A stretch of DNA of 64,000 nt from an uncultured Rhizobium sp. (GTDB taxonomy: Bacteria > Pseudomonadota > Alphaproteobacteria > Rickettsiales > UBA1997): assembly GCA_964447395.1 (NCBI GenBank), contig CAYUSO010000002.1, forward strand, positions 3,341 to 67,340, written 5' to 3'. The translations under genes were made by a program, and so were the position numbers. The notes below the pieces were generated by a model. The model was not told where the DNA came from. It worked only from the letters and a program-made list of their open reading frames with translations, and made no database searches. Shown one piece after another: positions 30,762-38,111 of the stretch (positions are counted from its first letter, which is position 1; each line of letters starts with the position of its first letter).

Positions 30762-30792
30762 GACCTAACATTACAAAAAATCTCTAATCCCC

Positions 30793-31035
30793 ATGTCCGA
30801 ATCCGTCTCCTTCCTCCTCATACTCGCCGTCTCCGTTCTCGCAGTACGCTTCTTCATTTCGCATAATTCTTACGAAAAAATTCTGAGTTTTTATTTCATC
30901 TTCACCAATCTCATCATTTTGATTTTGATCAACTCTATCAGCAATTTTGACGCGATTTTGGATATCGTGATTATTCTGTTTTTGCTCAAGCTCGTCGCGG
31001 TTTTATTTCTGCTATTTAATCGGAAAAAAATATGA
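30793..31035 (+). CDS. Small membrane protein, MrpF/MnhF-like
   Basis: 80 aa, three hydrophobic segments, overlaps the MnhG-like gene. Confidence 0.55.
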   Translation: MSESVSFLLILAVSVLAVRFFISHNSYEKILSFYFIFTNLIILILINSISNFDAILDIVIILFLLKLVAVLFLLFNRKKI

Positions 31036-31331
31036 ATTATCTCGCACTTATCATCACAATTCCAGCCGCTCTGTTGCTGATCGCATCGGCAATTGCTTTT
31101 TTGAAATCGAAAGATGTTTTTACCATGACTCACGTGGTCATAATTGCCAATTGCTACATCATTCCACTGCTGCTGATTGGCTTTGAAATTGAGAGATTTT
31201 CTTGGATTTCACTGGCGAAAATTTCGGCTTTAATTCTGCTGAACATCGTGGTGACAAACCTGCTATGCCATGCCATTCTAAGACGCGCGATGATTAATAA
31301 AATTACGCCAGATGCAGAAATTAAGAATTAA
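31032..31331 (+). CDS. MrpG/MnhG-like Na+/H+ antiporter subunit
   Basis: DVFTMTH and HAILRRA resemble MnhG motifs; three TMs. Confidence 0.6.
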   Translation: MNYLALIITIPAALLLIASAIAFLKSKDVFTMTHVVIIANCYIIPLLLIGFEIERFSWISLAKISALILLNIVVTNLLCHAILRRAMINKITPDAEIKN

Positions 31332-31782
31332 AAAAACTTTCTAGAGCCTCATCAATTACATCAAACACTTCGTCAAAAGCGCCGCCACTTTTGTAATAAG
31401 GATCAATTACTTCATCATTCCAAGAATTTTTGGCGGCACAAAATTCTAAAAATAATTTTATTTTTTCTTGATGTTGTGCTGGAGCAATTTGCGTGAGACG
31501 GCACTGATGACTGCGATCCATCGCCATTATCAAATCAAAATTTTCGAAATCAGATTGCTGAATTTTGCGCGAGATAATTCCTTCAAAAGAAATTCCGCGT
31601 CTTTTGCCGACTTCGACGCTTCTAGGATCGGAAGCTTCTCCAGAATGATAACCATCAACTCCGGCAGAATCGAAAGTGAAGCGCTTTTCTTGTCCAAGAA
31701 TTTTTGCTTTATGCCTGGCAATTGCTTCAGCTGTAGGCGAGCGACAGATGTTTCCTGTGCAAACAAAAAGGATTTTTTTCAT
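31321..31782 (-). CDS. Low molecular weight protein-tyrosine phosphatase
   Basis: VCTGNICRS, DSAG, DPYY. Confidence 0.95.
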   Translation of the reverse strand: MKKILFVCTGNICRSPTAEAIARHKAKILGQEKRFTFDSAGVDGYHSGEASDPRSVEVGKRRGISFEGIISRKIQQSDFENFDLIMAMDRSHQCRLTQIAPAQHQEKIKLFLEFCAAKNSWNDEVIDPYYKSGGAFDEVFDVIDEALESFFNS

Positions 31783-31796
31783 CGATGGATTGGATT

Positions 31797-32774
31797 CTAA
31801 AAGAGATTTTTCTTTTTGAAGAATATCACCTGCCCTACAACCATGAGAAGCATCGCGAATATCATCAGCCAAAATGAGCTTGAGTCATTAAGGCCTGGAA
31901 GGCCGCCAATATTGACACTGAAGATGCTGGTGAAAAATGTCAGCGGAATAAAAATCGAGGCAACGAGCGACAGGCTATACATGCTTTTATTCAATTTTTC
32001 GGTGAGACCGTGAAAAAGTTCGTCATGCAAAATTTGCGCGCGATCGCGCACTTCATCGATCTCTTCGATCATCATGGTGATGGAATCGAGATTTTCTTGG
32101 AAATGCCTTTGCGCCCAAGGTGTGATCCATTTTTGATCGCAAATGCGTAGCTTGGCAATTGCCTCTCTTTGCGGCGAGAGATAGCGCTTAAAAACAGTCG
32201 ATTGAGTTCTGATCTGCAAAATTTCCTCACGAAAAGAAACATCGTGAGTGGTCATGATTTTTTCTTCCAAAGCGTCAAGTCTGTCACCCAAATCATAAAG
32301 GAATGGCGAAGTGACGGCGAGAATTTGGTAAAGCAAATTATACAAAAATTCTCCCGAAGATTTTATTAGCTTGCCCGCCTCAATTTCATCGCGCAAATCG
32401 AACAAAGCTTTGGCATCACGGCGTTGAATGCTGATGATACGATCCTTATCAACCCACAAACGAATCGAAACCATATCTTCAGGTTCAGAATTTTTGCTGA
32501 TATTTACGCCGCGCAAAATGATCAACGAGCCATTTTCAAATTCCATCACCCGTGGGCGAGTTTCTTCAGCGATTAAGGCGTCGATGATAAGGTGATCGAG
32601 ATAGCTAACTTCCTGCTCTAGCCATTTTCTGGTTGATTTGTGAGCTGCGTCAAGATGAACCCAAGTCAAACCATCATTTTTTAATTCCTCGCCTGCTTTT
32701 TGAGTGCCGATTTTTTTAGCCCTTCCAGACGAATCAAAAGCGTAAGAAAAAATGACGTGACTTTGCTTGGACAT
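31797..32774 (-). CDS. zntB: ZntB/CorA-family divalent cation transporter
   Basis: ETRPR, DMVSIRLW, two C-terminal TMs with SVNIGGLPG. Confidence 0.88.
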   Translation of the reverse strand: MSKQSHVIFSYAFDSSGRAKKIGTQKAGEELKNDGLTWVHLDAAHKSTRKWLEQEVSYLDHLIIDALIAEETRPRVMEFENGSLIILRGVNISKNSEPEDMVSIRLWVDKDRIISIQRRDAKALFDLRDEIEAGKLIKSSGEFLYNLLYQILAVTSPFLYDLGDRLDALEEKIMTTHDVSFREEILQIRTQSTVFKRYLSPQREAIAKLRICDQKWITPWAQRHFQENLDSITMMIEEIDEVRDRAQILHDELFHGLTEKLNKSMYSLSLVASIFIPLTFFTSIFSVNIGGLPGLNDSSSFWLMIFAMLLMVVGQVIFFKKKNLF

Positions 32775-32786
32775 TCGTTTTTGCGA

Positions 32787-33338
32787 TTAAAGTTTTTTAA
32801 GCGAAATGATGAATTTTCCTGAAGAAGAAAAACCCTTTTTGAAACTCGAAATCATGATCGCTGATTTGTCATCAACGAGATAAATTTTATCCTCAAAAGA
32901 AACATTTTGTTTTCCCACTTCGGCCGGAAGCGAAAGAGTGTAAAACATCTGCATAGCATTGCCGATTTGTTTACCTTGAGCTGGCGCAGTAACATTGTGC
33001 CCAACCGCATCAAACGTGCCATTTTCTTCAAGCGTGATTAGCCAAGTTCTGCTATCTTTTTTGCCATTGGCGAAGATGAAATTTTGTTGCACCACGCCTT
33101 TATTGTCGTCCCATTTTCCGTTAATTTTTATGGTTTGAGTATCGATAATTTTACCATCTCCATCTTGAACAATCGCAAAACCTTCAAGATCGCCGTTGAG
33201 AAATTTTCTGATGTCAATTTTTACACCTTTATCGAGAGAATCGACTTCCGGATGTTTGTTAAAATTTTGCAAAAATGCGCATGAAGATAGCAAAGAAGCG
33301 GTGATGCTGATGATAAGAAATTTAGAAAGATTTTTCAT
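32787..33338 (-). CDS. DUF3833-like lipoprotein
   Basis: Lipobox LSSC; F.NGDLEGFAIVQ, RTW, G.Q.GNA. Confidence 0.7.
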   Translation of the reverse strand: MKNLSKFLIISITASLLSSCAFLQNFNKHPEVDSLDKGVKIDIRKFLNGDLEGFAIVQDGDGKIIDTQTIKINGKWDDNKGVVQQNFIFANGKKDSRTWLITLEENGTFDAVGHNVTAPAQGKQIGNAMQMFYTLSLPAEVGKQNVSFEDKIYLVDDKSAIMISSFKKGFSSSGKFIISLKKL

Positions 33339-33372
33339 AAATTGTTAATTTTGGGTTAAAGAAATTTGTAAA

Positions 33373-34092
33373 TTAGTGGTTGTGACGCTTACGCGCGACG
33401 ATGTTTAGAGATTCAACTGCAACAGTGAAGAACAGTGAAAAATAGAGATAGGTTTTAGAAATTTCGATGTGCAAACCATCGGCAAGCAAAATTACGCCAA
33501 TCATAAAAATGAAGGCTAGAGCCACGATTTTCAAGGACGGATAGGTTTGCAAAATGCGGCTAATTTTTTCGGAAGCAATTAACATAACAAACATCGAAAT
33601 CAAAATTGCGGTGACGATCACTGGAATGTTGTTAGTCATGCCGATAGCAGTGATTACTGAGTCGAAAGAGAAAATAAAATCGATCAAAGTGATTTGTAAA
33701 ATTGCCGCAATGAGATTTTTTGCAGCGTTAAACTTCTTTTCTTCAGGATTGTCATTAAGACCGAAAAGCACGTCCGAAGCTATTTCCCAACCACTTTTTA
33801 CAATCAAAAACAAGCCGCCAAGAATCAGTAAAAAATTTCTGAAAGAGAATCCAAGGCCAGCAACATAGAACAAAGGATCAGTGAGACTCATGATCCAAGA
33901 TAGCGTCAAAAGCATTAAAATCCTGATCGCGAAAGCTAATGACAAACCAAAAATACGCGCAGATTTCCGGCTTTTTGGTGGCAATTTTCCTACCGCAAGA
34001 GCAATAAAAATGAGATTGTCGATACCGAGAATAATCTCGAGAAAGGTTAGAGTAAGTAAGCTGAAGAAGATGTCGTAGGTGAGGAGGTCCAT
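33373..34092 (-). CDS. TerC-family membrane protein
   Basis: LEIILGIDNLIFI, DFIFSFDSVITAIG; start at MDLL because the upstream frame is heptamer repeat. Confidence 0.93.
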   Translation of the reverse strand: MDLLTYDIFFSLLTLTFLEIILGIDNLIFIALAVGKLPPKSRKSARIFGLSLAFAIRILMLLTLSWIMSLTDPLFYVAGLGFSFRNFLLILGGLFLIVKSGWEIASDVLFGLNDNPEEKKFNAAKNLIAAILQITLIDFIFSFDSVITAIGMTNNIPVIVTAILISMFVMLIASEKISRILQTYPSLKIVALAFIFMIGVILLADGLHIEISKTYLYFSLFFTVAVESLNIVARKRHNH

Positions 34093-34099
34093 AGTTTTT

Positions 34100-34175
34100 A
34101 GTCGTAAGTCGCAAGTCGTAAGTCGTAAGTCGTAAGTCACTTGGAGTGTTTTACGATTTACGACTTACGACTAAG
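34100..34175. repeat. Two opposed heptamer tandem arrays (GTCGTAA x5; TTACGA[T/C] x3)
   Basis: Read directly; the second array overlaps the maf 3' end. Confidence 0.88.
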
Positions 34176-34759
34176 TTGATCAATTTTTTGTTATGCAAAA
34201 AAGCAATTACCGGCTGAATTGCAAGGCCTAAAACCGCGTAATAATCGCCGGAGATTTTTTCAAAAAGATGTTTGCCGAGAGATTCATATTTATAGCTTCC
34301 AGCGCAGCCCCACGGCTGATCGAGCTTGACGTAATCTTCAATTTCTGACTTTAGCATTTTGCGCATTTTCATCTCAACGCGCGAAAAATTTTCGAAAATA
34401 ATTTTTCCGTTTAAAGCGATTACCGCGGCATTATTTTGAAAGTGAGTTTTGCCGTTGAATTTCAAGAGCTGCGCCCTCGCCTCTTTGGCATTTTTTGATT
34501 TAGAAATTTCTTTTTTTTGGAATTCACAAACTTGATCCGAGCCAATCACATAGGCATCGCGGAACTTATTGCTAATCGACAGCGCCTTTTCTTTTGCTAA
34601 AAAAATCGCCAACTTTTTTGCCGACATTTTCGGTAATTTTTTCTTCTCGGAATCTTCGTCGTAAAGCGGTGCCATCACTTCAAAATCAAGACCACAATCC
34701 TGCAGAATTTTTTTTCTAACTTTTGAAGTTGAGGCTAAAATTAAGCGGCAATTTAGCAT
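34151..34759 (-). CDS. maf: Maf-family nucleotide pyrophosphatase
   Basis: LILASTS..R, VIGSDQ, CAGSY..E..G. Confidence 0.92.
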   Translation of the reverse strand: MLNCRLILASTSKVRKKILQDCGLDFEVMAPLYDEDSEKKKLPKMSAKKLAIFLAKEKALSISNKFRDAYVIGSDQVCEFQKKEISKSKNAKEARAQLLKFNGKTHFQNNAAVIALNGKIIFENFSRVEMKMRKMLKSEIEDYVKLDQPWGCAGSYKYESLGKHLFEKISGDYYAVLGLAIQPVIAFLHNKKLINLVVSRKS

Positions 34760-35346
34760 GAAGAAGAATCGAGATTGATCATCGCCAGGAATTTTCTTTC
34801 CATTTCCGGATCGCTCTTGAACGCGCCAAGGACGCGCTTTGTGACGGTTGAAGTGTTGATTTTGTGAATGCCACGAGTGGTCATGCATTGGTGTTTCGCA
34901 TCAATCAAAACCGCCACGCCTTTCGGTTTTAAAACCTTGTTCAGCATGTCGGCAATTTGCGCCGTCATGGTTTCCTGAGTTTGCAAACGTTTGGAATAAA
35001 CATCGAGCAAACGCGCAATTTTACTGATTCCAACCACTTTTTTATTCGGAACATAAGCGATGTGAGCCTTGCCCAAAAACGGCACCATGTGGTGTTCACA
35101 ATGAGATTCTAGGCGCATATCTTTGAGCAAAACCATGTCGTCATAACCTTCGATTTCTTCGAAAGTTTTTCCCAAAATTTCTTCGGGATTCGCGTCATAA
35201 CCTGAAAAAAATTCGCGATAGGCATTAACCACGCGCTTCGGCGTTTCGCGCAAACCTTCGCGATTTGGATTATCACCAGCCCAGGCAATTAAAGTGCGCA
35301 CAGCATCTTCAGCCTGTTTGATCGAGGGACGAGAGATTTTTTTCAT
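34753..35346 (-). CDS. folE: GTP cyclohydrolase I
   Basis: REGLRETPKRV, SHCEHH, GISK, RLQ.QE, HQCMTTRG. Confidence 0.97.
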   Translation of the reverse strand: MKKISRPSIKQAEDAVRTLIAWAGDNPNREGLRETPKRVVNAYREFFSGYDANPEEILGKTFEEIEGYDDMVLLKDMRLESHCEHHMVPFLGKAHIAYVPNKKVVGISKIARLLDVYSKRLQTQETMTAQIADMLNKVLKPKGVAVLIDAKHQCMTTRGIHKINTSTVTKRVLGAFKSDPEMERKFLAMINLDSSSC

Positions 35347-35372
35347 TTCGTTTGCTAATTCAGATTTAAGAA

Positions 35373-35466
35373 GGGCGCGGCACCCTAATTTTGAGGAAAA
35401 AAATTACAAGTTTCGATGTAAACTTCGCGTTGAAAACTAAACTTCGTTAAATAATTTCCGCCGCCC
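35373..35466. promoter_or_regulatory. Divergent putative promoters of folE and skp
   Basis: Minus: TTGTAA-N16-TAGGGT-GCCGCGCC (35382-35409). Plus: TTGAAA-N16-TAATTT-CCGCCGCC (35430-35457). Confidence 0.55.
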
Positions 35467-35521
35467 TGTTATTTTCTTACGGGGAAAAAACACCGCCTCC
35501 AATCAATCAAATTACATTTTT

Positions 35522-36046
35522 ATGAAAAAGACCTTCGCAGTTATTGCTGCAGTTTCTGCGCTATTTGCCTTCAATGCCAGCGCCGCTGGAACTGGAATTC
35601 TTGATGTCGAAAAAATCATCAAAGAATCTTCTGCGATGCGCGACATCCAAGCAAAAATCAGCAAAAAACAAGACGAATATCAAAAAGAAGTGACCAAAAA
35701 ACAAAACGATCTTGAAGCTGAACAAAAACGCATCGAGGGCAAAAGAAACGTGCTTTCAAAAGAAGCTTTCGAAAAAGAAACCAAATCTTTCGAAAAGAAA
35801 ATTGACGACCTTAAAACCTTCGTTGATCGCAAACAAAACAGCCTGAAAAAAGCTTCAATGGACTCAATGAGCAAAGTTAACGACAAGGTTAAAGACATCA
35901 TTGCCGACATTTCGAAAGAAAAAGATTTCGATGTCATCGTTCCAGCTTCTCAAACCCTTTTCTACAAAGACGAGCTCGATATTTCTGACGAAGTTTTAAA
36001 AAGACTTAACAAAAAAATCACCAAAGTTGACGTGAAATTTGAATAA
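35522..36046 (+). CDS. skp: OmpH/Skp periplasmic chaperone
   Basis: Signal peptide, GILDVEKI, coiled coil, LDISDEVLKRLN. Confidence 0.88.
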   Translation: MKKTFAVIAAVSALFAFNASAAGTGILDVEKIIKESSAMRDIQAKISKKQDEYQKEVTKKQNDLEAEQKRIEGKRNVLSKEAFEKETKSFEKKIDDLKTFVDRKQNSLKKASMDSMSKVNDKVKDIIADISKEKDFDVIVPASQTLFYKDELDISDEVLKRLNKKITKVDVKFE

Positions 36047-36073
36047 TAAAGCGACCTAATCAGTCCTTTAAAT

Positions 36074-36110
36074 AAAAAGCCCCGAGCGCAATTCACTCGG
36101 GGCTTTTTTT
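36074..36110. terminator. Bidirectional Rho-independent terminator
   Basis: aaaaagccccgag-cgcaattca-ctcggggcttttttt. Confidence 0.85.
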
Positions 36111-36114
36111 ATGT

Positions 36115-37050
36115 CTAACGTTTAGAAAATTGCTGGTAAACGCTAAGCAATCTTGATTTATCGATTTTGGTATAGCGCTGCGTTGTCGAGAGATTTTCGT
36201 GCCCAAGTAATTCCTGAATCGTGCGTAAATCACCGCCGGCCTCAAGCAAATGTGTGGCAAAAGAGTGGCGAAAAGAATGCGGCGTAATTGTGTCGGAAAG
36301 GTTTAGACTCTTGCGCAAATTGGCGATCAACGCGCTGAAATCGACGCGAGAATAAGTGCCGCCGCGCGCGCCGAGAAAAATCGGCTGATCGTAATCCAAC
36401 CTGTGCGGCAAAAGCGTGAAATATTCCTCAATTCTACTTTTAACCAGCGGCAGAAGCGGCACCATGCGCTGCTTCTTGCCCTTTCCCGTCACGATTAAAC
36501 TTTGCGAATCAGCCAGACTTTTTTTGCTCACTGAAAGCGCTTCGGAAATCCGCAAACCGCAGCCATAAATCAAAGTCAGCAAAGCGATGTCGCGCTTAGC
36601 CTGCCAAGGTTCTTTACGAAAAATTGCAATCTCAGAAAAAATTTTTTCGATATCCAAAAAATCCACCGCTTTCGGCACTGGCTTGGCAATTTTTGGCGTT
36701 TTAATTTTCTCAATTTCGTGATTTAGAACTAGTCTATTCTGATTCAAAAAACGGAAGAATGATCTCAGCGATGCAAGCGCTCTGGCATTGGAGGCGTTAT
36801 TGTGATCAACAACACGTTGTGCCAACCATTTGCGAAAATCGTGAACGCTCAATTCTTCAAAATTTTTTTTGCCGATAATTTGATTTTTTGCGGCAAAAAG
36901 AAAGTCGACAAAATAAAAAATATCGGTTCGATAAGAGTTCAGCGTGTGCGACGAATATTTTTTTTCCACTTCCAGAAAACGCAAAAATTTCTCGAGTAAA
37001 AATTTTATCTCTGCATCGCATTTATCATCTATTTTTAAAGCTTCAGACAT
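36115..37050 (-). CDS. xerC: Tyrosine recombinase XerC
   Basis: YS.HT..SY, GLRISE, GKG.KQR, TPHSFRHSFATHLL, LLGH.NLSTTQRY; start uncertain (37050-37104). Confidence 0.92.
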   Translation of the reverse strand: MSEALKIDDKCDAEIKFLLEKFLRFLEVEKKYSSHTLNSYRTDIFYFVDFLFAAKNQIIGKKNFEELSVHDFRKWLAQRVVDHNNASNARALASLRSFFRFLNQNRLVLNHEIEKIKTPKIAKPVPKAVDFLDIEKIFSEIAIFRKEPWQAKRDIALLTLIYGCGLRISEALSVSKKSLADSQSLIVTGKGKKQRMVPLLPLVKSRIEEYFTLLPHRLDYDQPIFLGARGGTYSRVDFSALIANLRKSLNLSDTITPHSFRHSFATHLLEAGGDLRTIQELLGHENLSTTQRYTKIDKSRLLSVYQQFSKR

Positions 37051-37825
37051 GTTCAAAAAATTATTTTTCGTCTTCTTTTTTTCCATTAACTCTGCTTTTG
37101 CCAATGAGATCTGGAACAGTGCCGAAGGTTTGGGGCGACTAGAGAGAAGTCAATTTAAAAATGATTTTTATCAGCTGGCAAATTTTTATCAGGCGCAAAT
37201 AAATCCGGTTTATTGCTCGGCGGCAACTTCGGTGATGATTTTAAACGCGCTAAATTATGGCGAAATTGCCAGTCAAAAAGTTGCAGAAATCACCAAAAAA
37301 GATGGTGGCAAAATCGAATTTAAACTCTTCACTCAAGAAGGATTTTTTAACGACGAAACCAATAGAATCAAACATCGCGACATTATCGAACGCAAAGTTT
37401 CTACAGGAAAAATTTTTGAAAATAACGAATGGAGCGAAACTTACGATGCCGGCCTAAGCCTCGGCGACCTCAATAAAATTTTGTCGCAAATCTATCACCT
37501 CAAAACCGAGTTAACTTACGTAAGAAAAAATGATGAAAAATTTGCTAAAAAATTCCGCGCAATTCTGAAAAAATCTCTTGCTGATAAAAGCAGTTTTATC
37601 ATCGCAAATTTTGATGGGAAAATCTTGGGAAGCCAAACCAGCGGCCATATTTCCGCACTCGCCGCTTATGATGAAGAAAGCGATTCGGTATTAATTTTGG
37701 ATGCAGCGCTGCACAAAAATCAGTGGTATTTTGCCGACGTAAAAAACCTCATGGCCGCAATGAACACAAAAGACGGCGAAAATTATCGCGGCTTCTTAGT
37801 GGTAAGCAAATCAGTAAATCGCTAG
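37049..37825 (+). CDS. Secreted phytochelatin synthase-like (papain-fold) protein
   Basis: Signal peptide; Q....YC......LNAL, GHIS...AYD, VLILD triad motifs; C-terminal RGF. Confidence 0.85.
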   Translation: MFKKLFFVFFFSINSAFANEIWNSAEGLGRLERSQFKNDFYQLANFYQAQINPVYCSAATSVMILNALNYGEIASQKVAEITKKDGGKIEFKLFTQEGFFNDETNRIKHRDIIERKVSTGKIFENNEWSETYDAGLSLGDLNKILSQIYHLKTELTYVRKNDEKFAKKFRAILKKSLADKSSFIIANFDGKILGSQTSGHISALAAYDEESDSVLILDAALHKNQWYFADVKNLMAAMNTKDGENYRGFLVVSKSVNR

Positions 37826-37992
37826 TTCGTCATCTGATCGTTATTTCTCATAATTTTTTCCAGAGTCGCATCTTTTGATGACTCTGACTCACTATCAGAA
37901 TCAGTGATTTGGTCATTGATCGCAGTTGGAAAAGCTGCGTAAGCGTTGAAGGAAAAAGTAAAAAGAATTGCCGCTAAAAGAATTTTTTTCAT
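37822..37992 (-). CDS. 56-aa secreted peptide with RebB-like N-terminal motif (not in ORF track)
   Basis: MKKILLAAILFTFSFNAYA-AFPTAINDQITDSDSESESSKDATLEKIMRNNDQMTN*. Confidence 0.7.
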   Translation of the reverse strand: MKKILLAAILFTFSFNAYAAFPTAINDQITDSDSESESSKDATLEKIMRNNDQMTN

Positions 37993-38111
37993 AAAAATAA
38001 AAAAGATTGAAGAGGTGATTGCGGGCTAATTTCGCGTATTTTTTTTTACAAGTTTATTCATTGCCTTTGGTGCAAGAAAAATAAAAATCTCTCAAAAATT
38101 CTCGCCTTAAA

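Noticed and set aside
34093..34140. N-terminal extension MTYDLRLTTCDLRLK of TerC
   Set aside because: Translation of the heptamer array; MDLL is the better start
36115..37050. Phage integrase or prophage
   Set aside because: Sequence fits chromosomal XerC and there are no phage genes nearby
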